From: Candidatus Staskawiczbacteria bacterium
GTDB lineage: Bacteria > Patescibacteriota > Minisyncoccia > Minisyncoccales > Staskawiczbacteraceae
Reading direction: 5' to 3'
DNA length: 64,000 nucleotides
Assembly (NCBI GenBank): GCA_026395215.1
Contig: JAPLZC010000010.1
Coordinates: 71,371-135,370 of the forward strand
In this document: one piece after another, positions 8,862-17,816 of the stretch
Numbering within the stretch: the first letter of the stretch is position 1
How the letters are laid out: the number at the start of each line of letters is the position of its first letter
Made by a program: the position numbers and the translations under genes
The notes under the pieces: model-generated
Told to the model about the DNA's origin: nothing
What the model saw: the letters and a program-made list of their open reading frames with translations, nothing else
Databases searched by the model: none

Positions 8862-10337
8862 TTAAATTAATGGCTCTTCGATTTTTTCCTCGGGCTTTGC
8901 CACGCCGGAGCTTTCTGCGGAGGCGGGACCTTTGCCTTTTCCCTGGATTATGGATTTTTCGTGGGAGCTTCGCATAATTTTGGACTCTTCGGACTGCATA
9001 AGTTTTTGGGCGGCCTCAGCTGAAACAGCGTACTTTTCTCGAGACATATCAACAATCTCCTGTCTGAAAGATTTATGCGTTGGAGGCATAACCTTAAGCG
9101 TTTGAGCAGAAAAAGGGTCATAGGCTTCCCCATCAATTGTTTCTTTAATATAAAAATTCTGCACTCCCAAGTTTACCATATCTTTGGCGCTAAATACTGG
9201 CGCCATTTCAGGCTCCAATTTAACTGCGTCTTCACCACCAACGCGGAATACAATAATAGTTCCTGTGTTTCCCAAAACCGCTTGCTGAACTTTTGGCAGA
9301 AGCTGACCCATGTACTGGTGAGCCACCATAAGACACATGCCATATTTCCTAGCTTCAGACAAAATATTTTCAAAAGTTTCGGTCATTAGGTTGTGGAACT
9401 CGTCAACATACAAATAAAAATCAACCCTGTCTTTTTCTGGAATAGACTGACGCGCCATACCTGCCTGTTTTAATTTGGTAATAAACATAGACCCAAAAAA
9501 GCTTGAGTTTTCTTCGCCAAGTTTACCTTTAGACAAGTTAATCAAAATAATTTTCTTTTCATTCATCATTTTTTCCAAATCAATCTTGTTTTCTTCCTGT
9601 CCAAAAATTCCGCGCAACATTGGGTCAGACAAAAACTGTGCCAGTTTGTTAACCAAAGGAATAATAGCTTCTGTGTCGTACTTTTCTGACCAATCGGCAA
9701 ACTCAATAGCCCAGAAACGTTTTACCATGTCATCTTGAATATATTCAACAACCAGCTGACGATAGTTTCTGTCGGTTAACATAGAAATCATTCCGCGCAT
9801 AGTGCCGTGCGGATAATCCAAAAGAGCCAAACATGTAAATCTAAACACGTGCTCAAGCCTTGGCGTCCAGTTGGCTCCAAACTGCTTTTCTAGAACCTCA
9901 ATTAATCCCTGAGTCAGTTGGTGTTTAAAATTAACATCAATGTTTGCCAGCGGGTTAAAAGAAATTGGAAATTTTGCATCGGAAGGGTCAATGAGAACTA
10001 CGTCTTTTATTCGGCTTTCTGGAATAAACGGCAAAATATCTTCTATAACATCTCCGTGAGGGTCAATAAAACAAAGTCCATGGCCATACCCAATGTCTTG
10101 GCGCACAAAAAGCTCCAAAAGTTTTGACTTTCCTACTCCGGACTTTCCTACAATATATAAGTGCCTGCGTCTATCTACCCTTTTTACCCCAAAAATATAT
10201 TTTTGCTCTTGCAAAGCCGCCTCATAATTGGTTTTACCAATAAAAGAGCAATCTTTGGGGTCAATCGTACCATAAATAGGCAACTCCGGAGGTGGAGGCG
10301 CCAACTTAAATCTACGAATTCTATTACTGTCTGCCAT
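8862..10337 (-). CDS. Soluble VirD4/TraD-like (type IV coupling protein-like, HerA/FtsK superfamily) P-loop NTPase, ATPase-A
   Basis: 491 aa. Walker A VGKSGVGKS, IDPHGD motif, Walker B-like YLYVDEFHN, and AHQYMGQL. Collinear paralog of the 19526-21598 product. No N-terminal TM segment. Confidence 0.8.
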   Translation of the reverse strand: MADSNRIRRFKLAPPPPELPIYGTIDPKDCSFIGKTNYEAALQEQKYIFGVKRVDRRRHLYIVGKSGVGKSKLLELFVRQDIGYGHGLCFIDPHGDVIEDILPFIPESRIKDVVLIDPSDAKFPISFNPLANIDVNFKHQLTQGLIEVLEKQFGANWTPRLEHVFRFTCLALLDYPHGTMRGMISMLTDRNYRQLVVEYIQDDMVKRFWAIEFADWSEKYDTEAIIPLVNKLAQFLSDPMLRGIFGQEENKIDLEKMMNEKKIILINLSKGKLGEENSSFFGSMFITKLKQAGMARQSIPEKDRVDFYLYVDEFHNLMTETFENILSEARKYGMCLMVAHQYMGQLLPKVQQAVLGNTGTIIVFRVGGEDAVKLEPEMAPVFSAKDMVNLGVQNFYIKETIDGEAYDPFSAQTLKVMPPTHKSFRQEIVDMSREKYAVSAEAAQKLMQSEESKIMRSSHEKSIIQGKGKGPASAESSGVAKPEEKIEEPLI

Positions 10338-10408
10338 AAATTTAATTTAAATTATCTCAGCTATTTTTATATAATAACTTTTTTACGCAGTTTTCGCAAA
10401 TTGCTGTG

Positions 10409-10720
10409 CTAAATAAGGTCTGTGGAAGCAATAAGCCAATCTTTAAAATCACGGTTCAAACGGTAAAGCGTGATACTAGCAATACACGGGATGCCATCAT
10501 GATGATTTTCCCTGATAATGTCTTCTATATCCTGTATGTGCTTGTCTATTGTTTTAACAATCATTACTGCCCCCGTAGTCTCAATAACCTGCCCATTTTC
10601 TCTATTAAAAGACCTACTTGGCATAAGGTCCACAGACCCTGCCATTCTTTTCTCCACCAAAAGCTTGCCCACGACCTTTGCCGTCTCAACATTATTAAAC
10701 GACACATAAATAAAGATCAC
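10409..10720 (-). CDS. cutA: CutA1 divalent-cation tolerance protein
   Basis: 103 aa with a GTG start. The pattern IYVSFNNVETAKVVGKLLVEKRMAGSVDLMP...VMIVKT...HHDGIPCIASITL...DFKDWL matches the CutA1 fold signature (LVE..LAACVN, IKT, HPY..PEI, Y..W). Confidence 0.7.
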   Translation of the reverse strand: MIFIYVSFNNVETAKVVGKLLVEKRMAGSVDLMPSRSFNRENGQVIETTGAVMIVKTIDKHIQDIEDIIRENHHDGIPCIASITLYRLNRDFKDWLIASTDLI

Positions 10721-10773
10721 GGCCTTGTGAGCGAGCGAACAAGGTTGCTTCGGCCCCGCTTAGCGGGGACGCC
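10721..10773. other. GC-rich double-hairpin element directly upstream of cutA
   Basis: CCTTGT(10723-10728)/ACAAGG(10739-10744) and CCCCGC(10754-10759)/GCGGGG(10763-10768). No U-run follows on the minus strand. Composition is far above the local background. Confidence 0.5.
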
Positions 10774-10815
10774 AAAACTCATTCTCCCGCCATTTAATAA
10801 TCAACTCTACCCTTA

Positions 10816-12519
10816 TTATACCACTTCTGCGTTGTAACAACCCTCGCAGTACACAATCTCCGGCCTGTCGGGGGCGTAGCTGGTTTCAAATTCGTTAGTG
10901 CACCCCGGCTTCATACAGTGCCTGTGCCAAAGTTTTAAAGGGTTTGCCTTTCTTCGACGTTCCATGTGACGGCACCAAAAACACATACGCGGAAGTGGCA
11001 CAGAAAACCTCTTATAGAAATCTAATTCTGCTTTTATTAATTTAAATGCAGCTTTACATGAATCACACTCAATAACTTCTTGCAAAATATTTTCGTTAAC
11101 ATCTTTTATATCATCCGGTAAATCAGAAACTTTCATAGTTGTTTTATATTCTCCGGGAGTTTTATCGCGCCAAAGATAGCCTTCTTTTTCAACTTGTTCT
11201 TTTGTTTTTGGGAAATATTCTATTGCAATTGTTTCATTATAAGCAAGCGGAGAAAAATCTACTGGAAAGAATTCTCCATACCTATATTCTATGCCTTTTG
11301 AATCTACATACGGCATATCTGCCATGTGCTTTTTAATTTCCGGCACAAGTTTTTCATATTCTTCTTTGGTGTACTGTTTATTTAAAATACAGTATTGTTT
11401 GCTTCTCAATCCAACGCATCCAAAACAATCTGAACAAGAATGGCAACACAAACAATATTCGCTGTCTTGCATTGCCGGCCAACATTCAAAACAAAATTTT
11501 ATATTCTGGCAATTATCCCCACAACTACACGACTCATAAACCAATTCCGAGTTTTGACCCCAATTTGTATAGTCATAAGAGTCCTTTACACCTGGAGCAA
11601 ATTGTTGAGAATATCGAACATTCTCGCACTCTCCCACCTCAAAGCAATTAAAGGTATCTTTTGACGCGTAGATGTAATCACCGGAAACATTCTTATTGTG
11701 AACACCGTGGATATACCTTCTAGGAAGTTTTAATTTAAATTGGTTAAATTTTTCTTTAATTTTTTTCGTTTCGACATAAGAACCAAAATTTATTTTCCCC
11801 AATTCCTTAAAATATTCTTCTTTAGAATAGGGCTTATTGAAAATATAATAACTTTTACTACGCAAATTAAAACACCCAAAACAATCATTACAATTCACGC
11901 ACTCTTCGCAAAATTTTAGATTTCTGCAACTTTCCAAATCTGAACAATTTAAGCACCCAAAAGCGTATGCGCTTTGATAAATTTCATAACTAAGTTCAGA
12001 TTTAGGACTTGCAAAACAATCCATTGAGTCCTTGGTATAGTTAGATCCTACGCAGTATTGGCAATTTTCTTCATTATTAGCATTAAAGCAAAGATAGCAG
12101 TTTTTCAAATACGACGCGTTAGCGCAATAGTCACTATTAACCATTCCCCGTACAGATCGGCTATATGTTGGCACGTTATATTTCAGTTCTTTTATTTGTT
12201 CTAAAAACGGCCTTCCGAAATCTATATCTTTTCCAAAATCCATTGGATCCCATTTGTCAGACCACCAGTAATCATGGTCATAAATTTTTACATCTGCCTC
12301 TTCGGGATATGTAGAAAATACTTTTTTCCCTTCTTTTGCTTCAGTTTTTTTATATAAATTAATATGATTTAAAAATATAGCTCTTCTGATAGTTCTACAC
12401 TCCGGACAAAAAGTCGGAGCAGGCACCTTCATTTTCTCATAAAACTCAAAATCCTCGGGTTCTATTACGAACTCATTTTTGCAATTCTGACAAACTTTTT
12501 TCTCACTTTTTTCTTCCAT
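10816..12519 (-). CDS. Cys-rich multi-zinc-ribbon protein, array member P6
   Basis: 567 aa. MEEKSEKKVCQNCKNEFVIEPEDFEFYEKMKVPAPTFCPECR; CFGCFNLRSKSYYIFNKPYSKEEY and CFGCVGLRSKQYCILNKQYTKEEY; YGEFFPVDFSPLAYNET; CDSCKAAFKLIKAELDFYKRFSVPLPRMCFWCR; GCTNEFETSYAPDRPEIVYCEGCYNAEVV. Confidence 0.92.
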   Translation of the reverse strand: MEEKSEKKVCQNCKNEFVIEPEDFEFYEKMKVPAPTFCPECRTIRRAIFLNHINLYKKTEAKEGKKVFSTYPEEADVKIYDHDYWWSDKWDPMDFGKDIDFGRPFLEQIKELKYNVPTYSRSVRGMVNSDYCANASYLKNCYLCFNANNEENCQYCVGSNYTKDSMDCFASPKSELSYEIYQSAYAFGCLNCSDLESCRNLKFCEECVNCNDCFGCFNLRSKSYYIFNKPYSKEEYFKELGKINFGSYVETKKIKEKFNQFKLKLPRRYIHGVHNKNVSGDYIYASKDTFNCFEVGECENVRYSQQFAPGVKDSYDYTNWGQNSELVYESCSCGDNCQNIKFCFECWPAMQDSEYCLCCHSCSDCFGCVGLRSKQYCILNKQYTKEEYEKLVPEIKKHMADMPYVDSKGIEYRYGEFFPVDFSPLAYNETIAIEYFPKTKEQVEKEGYLWRDKTPGEYKTTMKVSDLPDDIKDVNENILQEVIECDSCKAAFKLIKAELDFYKRFSVPLPRMCFWCRHMERRRKANPLKLWHRHCMKPGCTNEFETSYAPDRPEIVYCEGCYNAEVV

Positions 12520-12670
12520 AATTTATTATAGTGCGTTTTTTCACGCCACGTGAAAAATCATACTTTTTTGTTTAAGCAACTTCGCCATTATAGCAACTCT
12601 CGCAATACACAATCTCCGGCCTATCCGGCGCGTAACTGGTTTCGAATTCATTGGGGCATCCTGGCTTCAT
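12397..12670 (-). repeat. Junction module J1 (3' ribbon codons, 52-nt spacer and 5' ribbon codons)
   Basis: Nearly identical to 15823-16096, with about 6 mismatches by eye. The 99-nt tail segment and most of the spacer are identical. It contains the 9-bp-stem hairpin TTTTTCACG-CCA-CGTGAAAAA (12537-12557) and a TATAAT box (minus strand, 12525-12530) 5 nt upstream of the P6 ATG. Confidence 0.9.
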
Positions 12671-14192
12671 AGTAATGCCTGCAGTTTGGACAAAGCGCCG
12701 GAACTGGCAAACCCATTTTTTCGTAAAAATCCTTTTCTGCCTGAATTAATTTAAAACCAATAGTACAGTGGTCTTGGCATTTCCCTTTATGCCCACATCC
12801 AACAATATCCCCGCCAATGTTTACATTTTTTTCTTCTTGTTCTTTCCATGCAAAACCCTGTTCCTGCACCTGCTTTTTATCCATTGGGAAGTGATCAAAC
12901 GCCGGAGTTTCATTATAACCAAATTGAGAAATTTCTGCTGGGAAAAATTCTCCGTATTTATAAACCCTCCCCTTTTTGTCTGTATAAGGCACGGCATCCA
13001 TCTGTTCAATAATTTTGGGAACAAGCGCCTCATATTCTTCTTTAGTGTATTGCTTATTCAAGATGCAGTACTCTTTAGCATGAAGTGAAATGCATCCAAA
13101 AAGATTTGAAGAACCAGAACATGCCTCAGAATATGTCAGGTCGTGGTTTCCATTCCAGTCCTGAATTCCAAATTTAACATTGTAATTTTTCATACCGCTA
13201 TTTATTGATTCGTAAACTAATTCTGCACCCCTTCCAACCGTAGATCCGTCCATAACTTCTTTTGCATCTCTCCAAACATGATATCCATATTTGCAATTCT
13301 CCGCATCATATCCATCAAAACAATATATACAGTTTTTGGTGTTTAAAAGCCTATCGCCAGTACTGCGCACAGATTTTTGGATATAAGCATATTTGTTAAT
13401 TTGTTTTAAAGCAAAATCTTTAAAATCTTTCAAAAGGTCTGCTGCCTTTCCCTGTTTAATTTGCTCCTTTTTTTCTTCTAAAATTTTCGAGTACTCTTCC
13501 TTGGTATATTGTTTATTAAAAACACAATATGATTTACTACGTAAATTTACACAACCGTAGCAATTTGTCAGACCAACGCAATCTTGCAAAAAATAGCTAT
13601 CGGTACAATCTCGACATTCCTTAGAAAAAAATACTTTATAGCAATTCCAGGCCACAAAAGTTTCGTAACATAATTCACTGCTGTTTACAAAAGCGCAGTC
13701 TAAACAATCTTTACTCAACTGCATCCAGTAACAATGGTTGCATCTCTCATTGTTTGAGCTTTCAAAAAGCAAATAACAATCTTTATTATCGGCCGCAAGA
13801 TGAGTATATTCACAATTTATAGAATTGGCATTAATTAAGCCCTCGCGCGGAACTGTATTGGAAAGTTTGCGATACTGTTCAAAAAACGGCTTTTCAAAAT
13901 CATATTCCCTGCCATAACTTAATGCGTTCCACTTGTCTGACCACCAACAACTATGGCAGTACACCACATTTTTACCTTCAGGATGGTATATAGTAATAGC
14001 CTTCTTCCCGCATAAATCGCATTCCCGGTGATACAACATTCTTTCATTCCTAAATGACAGCCTCCTCTGCAACCTGCACTCCGGACAAAACGTAGGTGCA
14101 GGCACCTTAACTTTCTCGTAAAACTCAAAATCATCCAGCTCGATAATAAAGTCTTTCTTACAATTCTGACATGTCCTATTTTCTTGATTCAT
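12648..14192 (-). CDS. Cys-rich multi-zinc-ribbon protein, array member P7 (terminal ribbon out of frame)
   Basis: 514 aa ending CPNCRHYYEARMPQ*. The expected last module MKPGCPNEFETSYAPDRPEIVYCESCYNGEVA* is present at 12572-12670, but in the +1 frame. Otherwise it has the full family architecture (CQNCKKDFIIELDDFEFYEKVKVPAPTFCPECR; CDLCGK...YCHSCWWSDKWN). Confidence 0.85.
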   Translation of the reverse strand: MNQENRTCQNCKKDFIIELDDFEFYEKVKVPAPTFCPECRLQRRLSFRNERMLYHRECDLCGKKAITIYHPEGKNVVYCHSCWWSDKWNALSYGREYDFEKPFFEQYRKLSNTVPREGLINANSINCEYTHLAADNKDCYLLFESSNNERCNHCYWMQLSKDCLDCAFVNSSELCYETFVAWNCYKVFFSKECRDCTDSYFLQDCVGLTNCYGCVNLRSKSYCVFNKQYTKEEYSKILEEKKEQIKQGKAADLLKDFKDFALKQINKYAYIQKSVRSTGDRLLNTKNCIYCFDGYDAENCKYGYHVWRDAKEVMDGSTVGRGAELVYESINSGMKNYNVKFGIQDWNGNHDLTYSEACSGSSNLFGCISLHAKEYCILNKQYTKEEYEALVPKIIEQMDAVPYTDKKGRVYKYGEFFPAEISQFGYNETPAFDHFPMDKKQVQEQGFAWKEQEEKNVNIGGDIVGCGHKGKCQDHCTIGFKLIQAEKDFYEKMGLPVPALCPNCRHYYEARMPQ

Positions 14193-14208
14193 AAATTTGT
14201 TTTAATAA

Positions 14209-15945
14209 TTATGCTACTTCGTTATTGTAGCAGGTTTCACAATAAATAATTTCTTCGCGATCTGGCGAATATGAAGTTTTAATTGGGTTTTTGCATTTGG
14301 CGCATTGGCGAGACCATAGTTTTAAAGGGTTGCGTTGGTGTAATCTGTTGTAGTGTCGGCAATTTGGGCATAATCTTGGCAAGGGCAAATTCATTGTCCT
14401 ATAAAATTGAAGTTCTGAGGAAATAATTTTAAAAGCGCCAGTGCATTGTTCATTACATTTTCCGGTATGCTCACAAGCTATTACTTGGTTTAAAATGTCA
14501 TCACCCACATCTGTTATGTGGTCAAGCAAATCTGTAGGTTGCATAGTAACTTTGTGTTGTTTTGTATCAGGTTCACGCCACCTGTAACCCTGCTCCAAAA
14601 TTTCCGCTTTTTCTTTTGTATAATATTCTTGAGCTATAGTTTCATTATAAGCAAAAGGACTTATTTCAGTTGGAAAAAATTCACCATATTTATACACTCT
14701 CCCTTTTTTATCTACGTAAGGCATTTCGTTCATATGAGCAATAATTTTAGGCACAAGTGCTTCATATTCTTCCTTAGTATATTGCTTGTTTAAAATACAA
14801 TAACGTTTGCTTCTAAGACCCACACAGCCAAATAAATCCTGAGAATTTTGGCAGGCGTAGGTGTAGTTTGTATTCTGGCAAGAATGAGTAAAAACAGCAA
14901 AAAGGTTGCGCGTGGCCTCAATCCCGGTATCTACAACTTCATAAGAGTTATCCGCATTCCCTCCAAACCCATATGCATCATAAATACTTTTGCCACCAAG
15001 ACCGTGAATAACATATTTACTGTCTTCAACATTACCAAATACGTCAAAGCCCATGTATACGTTTTTGGAGTTAAGAATATTGTCTCCAATAGAATTTACA
15101 GATTTATGAACAAATCCATAGCGACGTGGATATGGTTTTATAAGCTCAGCAAACTTTTTCTTAAAATCACAAAGCGCTTTGTAGCCTCCAAAGTCATATT
15201 TAGCCCGTTCTTTCTTATATTCTTCTTTGGTATATTGCTGATTAAAAATGCAATTTGATTTGTTGCGTAAATTTATACACCCCAAAGAATCTATCATATT
15301 TTTACAAGCATGAAGAAAATCACAGTTAACGCTTTCGTCGCTGTCATATGAAAATGAAACACGATTAAACCCACCTCCCAAAACGTCGTCGTAGCATTGA
15401 ATAAAATCCATGCCCAGATATACGTCAAAAGAATTTTTGCAATTTATCATCCCGTAACAATATGCCAAATCTTCATTTCCAAAAGATGCATACACAAGAT
15501 AACAATTTTTAACATCGGCATTGTGGTTTCCGTATTCAGAGTTTACTGTATTAGAGTTAGCAAGATTTGGAAGCGGAGCTTTTTCAAACAACTCGCGGTA
15601 TTGCTGGAAAAATGATTTAGAAAAATCATAATCTCTCCCCGAGGCAAGTTGATCCCACTTGTCAGACCACCAGTAATCTCTTTCATAAACAACCACAGAC
15701 TGCTCTGGCGCAAACATTGTAATAACATCTTTGCCTGTTGAGCCTGCCTCACCGGCGGGTGAATCACATTTTCTACGATAAAGGGAGCGTTCATTCCTCC
15801 AAGTCATACGCCTAACAATCCTGCACTCCGGACAAAAAGTCGGAGCAGGCACCTTCATTTTCTCATAGAACTCAAAATCCTCGGGTTCTATTACAAACTC
15901 TTGCTTGCAATTCTGACAAACTTTTTTCTCACTTTTTTCTTCCAT
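14209..15945 (-). CDS. Cys-rich multi-zinc-ribbon protein, array member P8
   Basis: 578 aa. The same MEEKSEKKVCQNCKQEFVIEPEDFEFYEKMKVPAPTFCPECR head as P6 and P9. ACEHTGKCNEQCTGAFKIISSELQFYRTMNLPLPRLCPNCR; CAKCKNPIKTSYSPDREEIIYCETCYNNEVA. Confidence 0.92.
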   Translation of the reverse strand: MEEKSEKKVCQNCKQEFVIEPEDFEFYEKMKVPAPTFCPECRIVRRMTWRNERSLYRRKCDSPAGEAGSTGKDVITMFAPEQSVVVYERDYWWSDKWDQLASGRDYDFSKSFFQQYRELFEKAPLPNLANSNTVNSEYGNHNADVKNCYLVYASFGNEDLAYCYGMINCKNSFDVYLGMDFIQCYDDVLGGGFNRVSFSYDSDESVNCDFLHACKNMIDSLGCINLRNKSNCIFNQQYTKEEYKKERAKYDFGGYKALCDFKKKFAELIKPYPRRYGFVHKSVNSIGDNILNSKNVYMGFDVFGNVEDSKYVIHGLGGKSIYDAYGFGGNADNSYEVVDTGIEATRNLFAVFTHSCQNTNYTYACQNSQDLFGCVGLRSKRYCILNKQYTKEEYEALVPKIIAHMNEMPYVDKKGRVYKYGEFFPTEISPFAYNETIAQEYYTKEKAEILEQGYRWREPDTKQHKVTMQPTDLLDHITDVGDDILNQVIACEHTGKCNEQCTGAFKIISSELQFYRTMNLPLPRLCPNCRHYNRLHQRNPLKLWSRQCAKCKNPIKTSYSPDREEIIYCETCYNNEVA

Positions 15946-16096
15946 AATTTATTATGGTGCGTTTTTTCACGCCACGTGAAAAATCATACTTTTTTGTTTA
16001 AGCAACTTCGCCATTATAGCAACTCTCGCAATACACAATCTCCGGCCTATCCGGCGCGTAACTGGTTTCGAATTCATTGGGGCATCCTGGCTTCAT
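15823..16096 (-). repeat. Junction module J2
   Basis: Spans the P9 3' end, a 52-nt spacer and the P8 5' end. Near-identical to J1. Same hairpin; CATAAT box 5 nt upstream of the P8 ATG. Confidence 0.9.
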
Positions 16097-17665
16097 AAGC
16101 TTAAGTCGTGCTTGATGACGACATTCTGGACAAAATCTCGGCAATGGTAAATGAAACTGCGTTAAAAACTGATATTCTCTTAAAATAATACGATATGCTT
16201 TTCCACAAATTAGGCACCCAATATTTTCTTTTATAATTTCAGCAGTGCAGTCTTCAATTGTGTCCAGAAGGTTTTGTGCAGGAAGAGTCGGCTTATGCTC
16301 AGGAGCTTTTAGCTCTCTCCAATTAAAACCAGAGTTTTGTATTTCGTCTTTACTAATTGGCATAAAGTCTTGCGCTACTGTTTCATTATACCCAAATGGA
16401 GATATCTCGGCTGGAAAAAACTCACCAAATCCATATGTTCTTCCGTTTTTACCTATATACGGCATTGCGCTCATGTGTTCTATGATCTTTGGCACCAGTG
16501 CTTCATATTCTTCTTTAGTATACTGCTTATTTAAAATACAATATTCTTTATTTCTTAACCCAACACAACCAAAAATATTACTGCATCCGTGACAATTAAA
16601 TGCATATGTTATGTGATGGCATCCATAAACACTCATACAAAATGACTGACGAGAACCGCCAACGCCAGAATCAAAGGTTTCATATAACAAATCTGCGCCA
16701 GCTCCTATCCCGTATCCATCATATGAATCACTAAGTCGGTCTGCTCCATTTTGTACAAATTTACAATTACGTATTTCTCCAACATCAAAACAGTTTTTAC
16801 AATCGGCTGAATTCCGCATATTATCCCCCGTAGATCTTTCACAATTAATAAGCAAAGCATATTTTCTGATCTGTTTTTCTTTTAGCGCGTTAAAAATTTT
16901 CTTTGTTTCGCTAAGTCCAGTATAAGTATCAATTTTTAATTCTTTAACCTTCTCTTGGTATTCTTCTCTAGAGTATTGTTCATTAAAAATACAGTAAGAC
17001 CGATTACGTAATCCAGTACAGCCAGTACAATTTGTGCAGCCACGACAATCAAATAAAAAAATGCAGCCAACACAGTTTTCACAGTTCTGCGAAAAATGAG
17101 TTCTTGAACATTTTGAGAGATTAACACCCTCATAGCACAATTCAGAATCTCCAACTGCAAAAACATCAAATGTGTCCCTGCAAAAAAGAGCACGGGAAGC
17201 ATAGGCTATATTTTCTCCACCCCACGAGGCAGAAACCAAATAGCCATCTTTCATATTGCCAGTGTATTGTGTGTAATCACAGTTTACTGTTTGAGCATTA
17301 AAAACTGATGATTGAGGAACCTGCCAGAAAAGTTCTTTCCACTGTTGAAAAAATGTTTTAGAAAAATCGTAGGTCATACCATAAACCATAGGGTCCCATT
17401 CGTCTGACCACCAAACATCTCTGTCATATACCTTAATGTTAGAATCTGGAGCGAATCCAGTAATTATTTTTTTGTTTGTTTTGGCGCAGATATTTCTATG
17501 AAGAGTCCTTTCGTTTCTCCAAGCAAATCTACGTTGCATTCTGCAATCAGAACAAAAAGTCGGTGAGGGCACCTTCATTTTCTCATAAAACTCAAAATCC
17601 TCGGGTTCTATTACAAACTCTTGCTTGCAATTCTGACAAACTTTATTCTCACTTTTTTCTTCCAT
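15998..17665 (-). CDS. Cys-rich multi-zinc-ribbon protein, array member P9
   Basis: 555 aa. MEEKSENKVCQNCKQEFVIEPEDFEFYEKMKVPSPTFCSDCR; CLICGKAYRIILREYQFLTQFHLPLPRFCPECRHQARLKLMKPGCPNEFETSYAPDRPEIVYCESCYNGEVA. It lacks the NPxKLWHRxC linker seen in P2, P5, P6, P8 and P10. Confidence 0.92.
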   Translation of the reverse strand: MEEKSENKVCQNCKQEFVIEPEDFEFYEKMKVPSPTFCSDCRMQRRFAWRNERTLHRNICAKTNKKIITGFAPDSNIKVYDRDVWWSDEWDPMVYGMTYDFSKTFFQQWKELFWQVPQSSVFNAQTVNCDYTQYTGNMKDGYLVSASWGGENIAYASRALFCRDTFDVFAVGDSELCYEGVNLSKCSRTHFSQNCENCVGCIFLFDCRGCTNCTGCTGLRNRSYCIFNEQYSREEYQEKVKELKIDTYTGLSETKKIFNALKEKQIRKYALLINCERSTGDNMRNSADCKNCFDVGEIRNCKFVQNGADRLSDSYDGYGIGAGADLLYETFDSGVGGSRQSFCMSVYGCHHITYAFNCHGCSNIFGCVGLRNKEYCILNKQYTKEEYEALVPKIIEHMSAMPYIGKNGRTYGFGEFFPAEISPFGYNETVAQDFMPISKDEIQNSGFNWRELKAPEHKPTLPAQNLLDTIEDCTAEIIKENIGCLICGKAYRIILREYQFLTQFHLPLPRFCPECRHQARLKLMKPGCPNEFETSYAPDRPEIVYCESCYNGEVA

Positions 17666-17816
17666 AATTTATTATGGTGCGTTTTTTCACGCCACGTGAA
17701 AAATCATACTTTTTTGTTTAAGCAACTTCGCCATTATAGCAACTCTCGCAATATATTATCTCCGGCCTATCGGGTGCGTAGCTGGTTTCAAATTCGTTGG
17801 GGCATCCCGGTTTCAT
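17543..17816 (-). repeat. Junction module J3 (more diverged copy)
   Basis: Spans the P10 3' end, the spacer and the P9 5' end. The spacer and hairpin are identical to J2. The flanking coding parts carry scattered substitutions. Confidence 0.85.

Noticed and set aside
12397-17816. CRISPR array or diversity-generating retroelement as the source of the periodic repeats
   Set aside because: The repeat period is about 1.7 kb (gene length) and not 25-40 bp, so this is not a CRISPR array. No cas genes, reverse transcriptase or template/variable repeat pair with adenine-specific differences is visible.
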